Assembly: GCA_045863575.1 (NCBI GenBank)
Contig: BTUC01000001.1
Location: 1 to 60,123, forward strand
Reading direction: 5' to 3'
DNA: 60,123 bases
Origin: Phycisphaerae bacterium
GTDB lineage: Bacteria; Planctomycetota; Phycisphaerae; UBA1845; PWPN01
Shown here in pieces: positions 19,719 to 27,209 of the stretch (within the stretch, counting starts at the first letter, position 1; each line of letters opens with the position of its first letter). The notes under the pieces are model-generated. The model did no database searches and was not told the DNA's origin. It saw only the letters and a list, made by a program, of their open reading frames with translations. The translations under genes were made by a program, and so were the position numbers.

Positions 19719-19901
19719 CACTTCTCCAGGTAATAAAGGAGTCTCGTTGCATCCGGCATTACTGTCCATGAATTCAAGCGATTTGCCAACAGAACTTGTT
19801 CCGCTTCCAGTTGATCAGTGCCGCAGCAGCCGGCATGGAGACCGATGCCACAGACACGGAGGTGGTCTGCCGAATGAAGCACCAGCCGGATGGTGTTGCC
19901 G

Positions 19902-19944
19902 GTTACTCGATTAACCTCGAAAAGTCTTCAGTTAATCGAGTAAC
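19902..19944. promoter_or_regulatory. Perfect 14-bp inverted repeat with 15-nt spacer in a divergent intergenic region
   Basis: The sequence is gttactcgattaac-N15-gttaatcgagtaac. It is AT-rich relative to its surroundings. It lies between the giant GH-like gene (minus strand) and the PEP-CTERM gene (plus strand). Confidence 0.45.
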
Positions 19945-20025
19945 TCGACAGAGCGCAGTATCGGCCGGAATGGTTGTCGTGTGCGCCGGAGGGCGGGTTT
20001 CTCGATCAGATCAGCCAGTTCTTCA

Positions 20026-20053
20026 TTGACGGCAGAGTGCCGGATCGTACAAT
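20026..20053 (+). promoter_or_regulatory. Sigma-70-type promoter candidate for the PEP-CTERM gene
   Basis: TTGACG, a 16-nt spacer and TACAAT, about 90 nt upstream of ATG 20144. Confidence 0.5.
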
Positions 20054-20143
20054 GGGAGTGACCCCATCGCGGAGTCCTTTCCATCACCGGGGGATCACTG
20101 GTGAGTCGCGATGATGATCTGGATAGAGGCAGGAGGAGAAGAA

Positions 20144-21001
20144 ATGAGCAACAACGTCTGCAAACTGATCGGTCTGACGCTGGCCGGTGTTTTCGCCGCT
20201 CCGGCGCTGGGCGCACCGCTCGCGAGCACTTCCTTTGAAGTGGCCGAAGGCTATCCCGCACCGCCGCCCGTTTACGACGTGCGCAGCAGCAGCCTGGTGC
20301 TGGCCGACGGCGCCGGATGGGGCACCAACACCTGGGCCGGTAACAACGGCGGTTCCACCTACACCTACATTGCCCGCGATGCATCCGCCTACGACGGCGA
20401 GCAATACATGGTCCTGCACCGCGAGGAAGGCAGCGACAATCGCGAGATCCGTATCCGCCGCAAGTATGACACCTCGCTCATTCAGGACCAGAAGGTCACG
20501 TTGTCGCTGGCGTTCCGCATCGACGCCGAACGCACGACCCCGGATTACCTCGACAGCGCCTTCAACGTATACTTCGAGCGAGGCACATCCGATAATCTGG
20601 GCGACGAGAACGTTCGCCTTGAATTCACCAAGGAGGGGGATATCAAGATCCGTTCCGAAGAGTTGGCTTCGACACTGACCGTAGGCCAGTGGGACGACCC
20701 CGGCCAACCCTACTACGCCCTCAACACCTGGGCGACGCTCTCCTTCGTGGTGGATCTGGCTACGCAGCGGGCCAGCTACTTCGTCAACGGCGAGTTCCTG
20801 GGCGACTATGAGTTCGACGACCTGCTCTCGGCCGGCGAAGAGTTGAACCAGATCCGGTTCAAGGGACCGCGGGCCTACAACGGCAGCCCGAATGACGGCG
20901 TCTCCATCGACGCCGTCTCGCTGACGACGGTACCGGAGCCCGCCACGCTGGCCCTGCTGGTGCTGGGCGGCCTGCTGGCCCGCCGGCGCGGCCGAAAGTA
21001 G
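20144..21001 (+). CDS. PEP-CTERM-anchored secreted protein with LamG/concanavalin-like lectin-type domain
   Basis: The signal peptide is MSNNVCKLIGLTLAGVFAAPALGAP. The C-terminus VPEPATLALLVLGGLLARRRGRK is a PEP motif plus TM helix plus basic tail. The body is beta-rich with lectin-like jelly-roll features. Confidence 0.8.
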   Translation: MSNNVCKLIGLTLAGVFAAPALGAPLASTSFEVAEGYPAPPPVYDVRSSSLVLADGAGWGTNTWAGNNGGSTYTYIARDASAYDGEQYMVLHREEGSDNREIRIRRKYDTSLIQDQKVTLSLAFRIDAERTTPDYLDSAFNVYFERGTSDNLGDENVRLEFTKEGDIKIRSEELASTLTVGQWDDPGQPYYALNTWATLSFVVDLATQRASYFVNGEFLGDYEFDDLLSAGEELNQIRFKGPRAYNGSPNDGVSIDAVSLTTVPEPATLALLVLGGLLARRRGRK

Positions 21002-21267
21002 TCCAGGGGCGAATACAGAAGACACACTCGTGTGGCCCGCCCCCGCTTTCCGCGTGAGCGATCGGTGCGCCGCGGGGAACCACGCCCCAGGGTTAGATTT
21101 GACCACGGATGGCACGAGTCACTCAGATCGGGGAACCGAGCTCTGGAATCCTGGGGTCTGAGAAGCCAGTCGGTGTAATTGACGGTCAAGAACGAGAACG
21201 CGGCCGGCGCGGGGCCGAACCGGCGCGGAGCCACCCTGAACCACCCGCTTGCATGGAGGAGTACACA

Positions 21268-23724
21268 ATGGAGCGTCATCGGTTGATCGCCTGTTGTGCG
21301 TCGTTGGGCATCCTGGTTGTAGCGATGGCTGCCCACGCGGCGCCGTTGGCGGCCACTTCCTTTGAGGTGGCTGAAGGTTATCCGGCACCGCCGCCAGCCT
21401 ATGATGTACGCTCGATCACCCCAACCGACGGCGCCGGCTGGGGCAGCAATACCTGGGCCGGCAACAACGGCGGTGCTGCATACACCTTTGTCGCCGCGGA
21501 CGCCACCGCCTACGACGGCGGCCAATACATGGTCCTGCACCGGGAAGATGGCGGCAGCGCCAACCGCGAAATCATTCTTCGGCGCAAGTACAACACGGCA
21601 CTGATCCAGGACCAGCGCGTCATCTTGTCTCTGGCCTTCCGCCTCGACGCGGAACGCACGGAGCCCGATTACTTTGACAGCGCCTTCAACGTCTACCTCG
21701 AGCGGGGCACCAGCAGCAATCTGGGCGACGAGAACGTCCGACTCGAGTTCACCAAAGAGGGTGATATCAAGGTCCGAGCTGACGATCTGTCCTCCTCGCT
21801 GGTCGTCGGGCAATGGGACGATCCGGGCCAGCCTTACTACGCCCTCAACACCTGGGCCACGCTCACGTTCGATGTGGACGTGGCCGCCCAGCGGGTGGAC
21901 TACTACGTGAATGGCGAGTGGCTGGGCAATTACTTGTTTAACGATCTGCTATCCGCCGGCGAAGTTCTGGATCAGATCCGCTTCAAGGGGCCGCGGGCCT
22001 ACGACGGGAGCCCCAACGACGGCGTCTCCATCGACGACATCCGCCTCAACACCGGCCTTGACGAGCCCGTACCCGGTTGTCGCTCCAGCGTTCGGCCGGG
22101 CACGCCGGCCAGCGCGGTGGCCAACATCAACGAACCGGCCAGCCCTGCCTCCTTTGCCTATACCGTCCTGAACATCGGCTCGGAGACGTTCAACTGGACG
22201 GCCGTGGAAGCCGACGCATCGGGCAACCCCACCGAATACGGCTGGCTCTCTCTGGACGAGGATTCCGGCAGCCTGGCGTCTCTCGGAGAGACCACCATCA
22301 CGGCGAGCATCGACACGACCGGTCTGGCCGGCGGCGTTTACACCGCCTACATCAAGATTGCAGACGACTGCGACCCCGCCGGCAGCCACCTCCGCCAGAT
22401 CGATCTCACCGTGATCGCCTGCGAGTGGACCGTCGACTCCTGTAACCAGGTGCGTATTTACAACCTCGAGTATCCGGATGCGCCGGTCGAGCCGGTGACC
22501 TACCGCATCAGCAATACCGGGCTGCATCCTTTCAATTTCTCGGTGAACAAGACGGGCAGCAGTTGCTTCGAGTGGCTGACCCTGGATACGGCCGGCGATA
22601 CCATCCAGCCCGGCGGGTACGCCGACGTGACCGCCAGCATCCATCCGGAGGCGCTGGCCGGGCACACCACCGACGATTCCTACGCCTGTAATCTGGTCTT
22701 TACCGACGACTGTTCGGCGCAGAGCATTTCGCGCAACGTGCGCATCCGTTACCTGGGAATCGGCGACACCCAGGTTTTCGCCTACGACGGCACCACGGAT
22801 CCGGAAAACGACGATTCCGCGGGTGAAGGCTTCCGCTTCCGCGTTGCGGAGGGGGTGACCGCCGGGGGAGTTGAGCCCGATGGTGACGCCGAGAACGGCT
22901 ATGCCTGGCGCATCGTCGATCCGGCCGGACAGAAAACCAAGTACGAGGCGGTACGCTGGCGCCAGGATAACCAGGAATGGGACAACCTCGACATCTATTC
23001 CGAGGCCGGCGCCACGATTCTGGCCCGCCTGCGGGTGCGCAGTTGGGGACCCAACGACAATGAAGACAGACGCGACGGCGGACTGTACCTCTGGGAGGAG
23101 GACAGCATCTCGGCCACACTGCACTGGGGCGGCGCCACTGACGGCGTACTCATGGACCGCAGCCGCGACGGCCAGCGCGTGACGCTCACGCCTACCGACG
23201 ACTACGTGATCGTTCGCATGACCTCCATCGGCCGCGAGGGGGACGACTGGGACTGTAGCCGCATCGTCCGGTTGTATATGAATGAGAACCCCGTGCCCGT
23301 CCTGGAGATCCTCAGTGCCGGCGAGGAGAGCAATACGGACAAGGAGGGCTTCGGCTTTGGAGCCGGCAGCACGGATGGAACCTACGACATCGCCTTCGAC
23401 TGGGTCGCCGGCACCAATGCGGGAGCCTTCGGACCGGGCGAAGAGCTGGCGGTTCTGGGCCGCAGTCTGATTCCCAAGCTCTGCCCGGCCGTTTTCGCGG
23501 ATGCCGACGAGGACGGCGACGTGGACCAGGACGATTTCGGCGAGTTCCAGGCATGCTTTACCGGCGCGAATGACCCCAACAGTCAGTTCAGCCGGCCGGA
23601 CTGCGGCTGCTTCGATCAGGACCGCGATGATGATGTCGACGAGGATGACTACGGCGCGTTCCAGCAGTGCGCCAGCGGGCCGGAGATTCCACTGGATCCC
23701 GCGTGCGTAGCGCCGGCCCAGTAA
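21268..23724 (+). CDS. Secreted protein: paralogous lectin-like N-domain, Ig-like modules, unknown region and dockerin-like tail
   Basis: GGAGGAG lies 7 nt upstream of ATG 21268. The first ~270 aa are collinear with the preceding gene and roughly three quarters identical by eye. The C-terminus is DEDGDVDQDDFGEFQACFTG...DRDDDVDEDDYGAFQQCASG. Confidence 0.8.
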   Translation: MERHRLIACCASLGILVVAMAAHAAPLAATSFEVAEGYPAPPPAYDVRSITPTDGAGWGSNTWAGNNGGAAYTFVAADATAYDGGQYMVLHREDGGSANREIILRRKYNTALIQDQRVILSLAFRLDAERTEPDYFDSAFNVYLERGTSSNLGDENVRLEFTKEGDIKVRADDLSSSLVVGQWDDPGQPYYALNTWATLTFDVDVAAQRVDYYVNGEWLGNYLFNDLLSAGEVLDQIRFKGPRAYDGSPNDGVSIDDIRLNTGLDEPVPGCRSSVRPGTPASAVANINEPASPASFAYTVLNIGSETFNWTAVEADASGNPTEYGWLSLDEDSGSLASLGETTITASIDTTGLAGGVYTAYIKIADDCDPAGSHLRQIDLTVIACEWTVDSCNQVRIYNLEYPDAPVEPVTYRISNTGLHPFNFSVNKTGSSCFEWLTLDTAGDTIQPGGYADVTASIHPEALAGHTTDDSYACNLVFTDDCSAQSISRNVRIRYLGIGDTQVFAYDGTTDPENDDSAGEGFRFRVAEGVTAGGVEPDGDAENGYAWRIVDPAGQKTKYEAVRWRQDNQEWDNLDIYSEAGATILARLRVRSWGPNDNEDRRDGGLYLWEEDSISATLHWGGATDGVLMDRSRDGQRVTLTPTDDYVIVRMTSIGREGDDWDCSRIVRLYMNENPVPVLEILSAGEESNTDKEGFGFGAGSTDGTYDIAFDWVAGTNAGAFGPGEELAVLGRSLIPKLCPAVFADADEDGDVDQDDFGEFQACFTGANDPNSQFSRPDCGCFDQDRDDDVDEDDYGAFQQCASGPEIPLDPACVAPAQ

Positions 23725-23832
23725 GCGCCGGCAACGGGCCGTAGTCCACAAACGAGAAACGATTATTCCGGGGTTGGCTGCAGGGCCTTCGCTCTTTGGG
23801 GCGGAGGCCTCGCGCCTTAATATGCCGCATCC

Positions 23833-25935
23833 ATGAAGCATCGTTCTTTCCACCCCGTCCTGGCGGCGGGCGGCCTCGTGGCTCTCACGGTGGCGGCTTA
23901 CCTGCCCGCGCTCAATGCCGGCTTCATCTGGGATGACGACGCCTACGTGACCGGCAACCGGACACTGCGCGACGCTGACGGACTGCGGCGGATCTGGCTC
24001 AATCTTGGCGCGACTCCGCAGTACTACCCCTTCACGTTCACCACGTTCTGGTTGGAGTACCAGTTATGGGGGCCGACACCCTCCGGCTACCACGCTGTCA
24101 ACATCCTGCTGCACGCAGTCGGCGCGGGGCTGCTGTGGCGGGTGCTTTACCGACTTTCCGTCCCGGGCGCCTGGGTGGCGGCCGCAGTCTTCGCCGTGCA
24201 CCCCGTACATGTCGAGTCGGTGGCCTGGATCACGGAACGAAAGAACGTGCTCTCGGGTGCGTGCTACCTGGCGGCGCTGCTGGTTTACCTGCGCTTCGCG
24301 GGCATCGGCGCCGGTTCAACGAAGCAACCGGGAGCGGGCCGGCTCTACGCGGGAGCACTGCTGCTGTTTGTGCTCGCCCTGCTGAGCAAGAGCGTGACCT
24401 GCTCCCTGCCGGCCGTCCTCCTGCTGCTGATCTGGTGGAAACGCGCAGTGGTGACGCGGCGCGACGTGGCGGCCCTCCTGCCGTTTTTTGTCCTGGGCGT
24501 GGTTATGGGGCTGCTCACCTCGTGGATGGAGCGGCACCACGTGGGCGCCGCCGGGGACGCGTGGTCGCTTTCCTGGATTGAGCGGTGCCTCATCGCCGGC
24601 AGGGCGTTGTGGTTTTATGCCGGCAAGCTCGTCTGGCCCGGGGAGCTCACCTTCATCTACCCCCGTTGGGACATCGACGCCCGAGACCCGTGGGCTTGGC
24701 TGTTCCCGGCCGCCGCGCTGCTGGTGGTGACCGCGGCATGGCTGCTGCGCCGTCGGATCGGGCGCGGCCCCCTGGTCGGCCTGCTCATCTACGGAGGCAC
24801 GCTCCTGCCCGCGCTGGGTTTCATCAATGTTTATCCGATGCAGTATTCATTCGTCGCTGATCACTTCCAGTACCTGGCCAGCGCCAGCCTCATTGCACTG
24901 CTCATCGCGGCAGCAACGCGGGCCTGGCCTGCACGCCAGCCAGAGCTGGGCGCCCGCTCGACTCGCCGGCCTTTGCTCCGGCAGTTCACAACTGCTGTGC
25001 CCACTGGGCTGCTCCTGGTGATATTCGTCTTCCTGAGCCGCCGCCAGGCGGGCGTCTACGAGAATCTGGAGACACTCTGGCGCGACACGCTGGCTAAGAA
25101 TCCTGCGTGCTGGCTGGCTCACAACAACCTGGGCGTCGTGCTGCGCGAAGCCGGGCGTACGAACGAGGCCACGCATCACTTCGAGCAGGCGCTGAGGTTG
25201 AAGCCCGACTACGGCCTGGCCCACTTCAACCTGGGCACGCTGCTGGCTGACGAGGGGCGGTTGGAATCGGCGGCGGACCGAATTCGGCAGGGTCTGCGCT
25301 TCCAACCGGATGAACCGCAGGCGCTCAACTATCTGGGCCGCGTCCTCGCCGCACAACGACGACCAGACGAGGCCATCCAGCACTACCAGCGGGCCATTGC
25401 GCGGCAGCCCGACTACGCCCCCGCTCTGTTCAACCTGGGCAGCCTGCTGGCCGACAGGGGCGACAACGAATCCGCGGCCCGCTACCTCCAGCAGGGCCTC
25501 GCACGCGAGCCCTCGGACGCAGTGGCCCACCATCGGCTGGGCGAGGTGCTGGAGCGACTCGGGCAGTGCCAGGAGGCCGTCGCCGCGTACCGCGCGGCAC
25601 TTCGCGTGCGGCCCGGTTGGATCATGCCGGCAAACAGCCTCGCCTGGCTACTGGCCACGAGTCCCCATGCGGACTGCCGAGACGCAGAGGCGGCCATGAG
25701 TCTGGTCCGGGAGCACGCGCTGGCCGAGCGCACGAACCTGGCAGCGGTCCTCGATACAGTGGCGGCGGTCTACGCCCAGGCCGGCGTCTATGACCAGGCG
25801 GTCGAGTTCGCCGAACGTGCGGCCAAAATGGGCCGCCAGCAGGATCAGACCCAGCTCACCAAGGAGATCGAGGCCCGCCTGCGGCTGTACCGTAATGGCC
25901 AGCCGTATCGAGCCCCCACCCGACCCGCGTCATGA
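23833..25935 (+). CDS. TMTC/PMT_2-like polytopic membrane protein with C-terminal TPR repeats (putative protein O-mannosyltransferase-like)
   Basis: The N-terminal motif is GFIWDDDAYVTGN. About 9-11 TM helices are followed by at least 6 TPR units (AHNNLGVVLREAGRTNEATHHFEQALRLKPDY and similar). Confidence 0.65.
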   Translation: MKHRSFHPVLAAGGLVALTVAAYLPALNAGFIWDDDAYVTGNRTLRDADGLRRIWLNLGATPQYYPFTFTTFWLEYQLWGPTPSGYHAVNILLHAVGAGLLWRVLYRLSVPGAWVAAAVFAVHPVHVESVAWITERKNVLSGACYLAALLVYLRFAGIGAGSTKQPGAGRLYAGALLLFVLALLSKSVTCSLPAVLLLLIWWKRAVVTRRDVAALLPFFVLGVVMGLLTSWMERHHVGAAGDAWSLSWIERCLIAGRALWFYAGKLVWPGELTFIYPRWDIDARDPWAWLFPAAALLVVTAAWLLRRRIGRGPLVGLLIYGGTLLPALGFINVYPMQYSFVADHFQYLASASLIALLIAAATRAWPARQPELGARSTRRPLLRQFTTAVPTGLLLVIFVFLSRRQAGVYENLETLWRDTLAKNPACWLAHNNLGVVLREAGRTNEATHHFEQALRLKPDYGLAHFNLGTLLADEGRLESAADRIRQGLRFQPDEPQALNYLGRVLAAQRRPDEAIQHYQRAIARQPDYAPALFNLGSLLADRGDNESAARYLQQGLAREPSDAVAHHRLGEVLERLGQCQEAVAAYRAALRVRPGWIMPANSLAWLLATSPHADCRDAEAAMSLVREHALAERTNLAAVLDTVAAVYAQAGVYDQAVEFAERAAKMGRQQDQTQLTKEIEARLRLYRNGQPYRAPTRPAS

Positions 25936-27078
25936 CTGCGGGAGAAGCGCGCGCCCCCACCGGCGCGCGCGGCAAGCCCGCCCCACGATACGGGGTGGAT
26001 CGTGATCGCCGCCCGGGCACGTGCCGCCACGACGGACGTGCGGCGGCAGTTTGACGCTCTCGAAGGTGCTGCGGCCCTGCTTCTGCAACTCCACCATGCG
26101 CTGCACGGCCAGTTCTCCGACGGCATGCCAGGATACGTCGATGGATGTGATCGCCGGGCAGCCCGAGGCGCGCCAAAGGGACGCGTCGCAGCCCACCAGG
26201 CAAGTGTCCTCCGGCACACGAAGGCCCGCCTGCTGGCAGGCCAGCAGCGCGCCGACCGCCGCCACCGAAGAGGCGGCATAGATCCCGTCGGGGCGCAGAT
26301 CGCTCAGCAGCGGCACCAACCAATGCAGAATCTCGAGTTCCCCGAAACCGTCGGGAATAGCCAGCACCTCCAGCCGCGCGCCTGCTGCGACGGCCACTGC
26401 TGCCATTCCCTGCTCGCGAAGCGCCAGCGCCTCCCGCGGCATCTGATCACGGATGAGGACCCATCGCGTACGGCCGGCCGCGTGCAGGAGTTCGGCCGCC
26501 CGACGCCCGCCTGCCGCGTTATCCATGTCGATCACGTTGGAGGCATAGTGGTCCGGCTGGTCAGGGACTACCACCACCATCGGGAACCCCCGGGCCATCC
26601 GCTCGTGGATTGCAGCTTCAATCCCGCCCACCGGCGTTCGCAGGACGGCCGCGCATACGCCCCCGTCCAGCACCTCGCGCACGAGTCCCCACACATCGAT
26701 TCCTTCCGGCGCATCCTGGGTGGCCACCACTGGAAAAAGTCGTGCCACACGGGCTGCGGTGACCACGCCCGCCTGGAATTGACCTTCGAAGGCCTGGTGA
26801 TGCCAGGAGATTGCATCAACCTCGCCCGTGCCGCGCAGAATCAAACCGAAAAACGGTGACCGGAATTTCTTGAGGCTCACGGCCATGAGATTGGTCTGAT
26901 AGCCGACCTCGGCCGCGATCCGGCGAACGCGCTCAATGGTCTCCGGGCGAAACCGCTCCGCCGCCGTCTCCGGATTCCCCAGGATGATTGAAACGGAAGC
27001 CCGCGAGAGGTTCGCGCGCAAGGCGATCTCCCGTAACGTGGGTCGACGCGGTTCGTCCGGACTCGCCCTCATGACCAT
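25930..27078 (-). CDS. LacI-family transcriptional regulator
   Basis: The N-terminal HTH is PTLREIALRANLSRASVSIILGN. It is followed by a periplasmic-binding-protein-like sugar-binding fold. Confidence 0.85.
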   Translation of the reverse strand: MVMRASPDEPRRPTLREIALRANLSRASVSIILGNPETAAERFRPETIERVRRIAAEVGYQTNLMAVSLKKFRSPFFGLILRGTGEVDAISWHHQAFEGQFQAGVVTAARVARLFPVVATQDAPEGIDVWGLVREVLDGGVCAAVLRTPVGGIEAAIHERMARGFPMVVVVPDQPDHYASNVIDMDNAAGGRRAAELLHAAGRTRWVLIRDQMPREALALREQGMAAVAVAAGARLEVLAIPDGFGELEILHWLVPLLSDLRPDGIYAASSVAAVGALLACQQAGLRVPEDTCLVGCDASLWRASGCPAITSIDVSWHAVGELAVQRMVELQKQGRSTFESVKLPPHVRRGGTCPGGDHDPPRIVGRACRARRWGRALLPQS

Positions 27079-27151
27079 CAGACTACCACCGCTCTATCCT
27101 GGAATCGAATGCCTCCGCCGCTCCGCGGAACACTAACCCCGAAAGGACATG

Positions 27152-27165
27152 GATTCCCGGGAATC
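27152..27165. promoter_or_regulatory. Perfect 14-bp palindrome, candidate operator in the LacI/cytochrome divergent region
   Basis: The palindrome is gattcccgggaatc. An extra half-site ggaatcc lies at 27175-27181. An outer inverted repeat catggat...atccatg spans 27148-27193. Confidence 0.3.
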
Positions 27166-27209
27166 GTTATGAGTGGAATCCGTGAGATCCATGGTTAGAC
27201 TATAACTCT

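Noticed and set aside
21110-21124. Sigma-54 promoter-like TGGCAC upstream of the second lectin-like paralog (rpoN is in the window).
   Set aside because: The -12 element is missing: the sequence is TGGCAC-N5-ACTC instead of TTGC. Other TGGCAC occurrences (for example 6463, 10723, 11143) are inside coding or otherwise unsuitable contexts.
25930-25935. Six-nucleotide tail-to-tail overlap of the TPR membrane protein and LacI genes (TCATGA encodes both stop codons).
   Set aside because: The overlap is real but trivial. Palindromic shared stop codons are common in compact genomes and imply nothing functional on their own.
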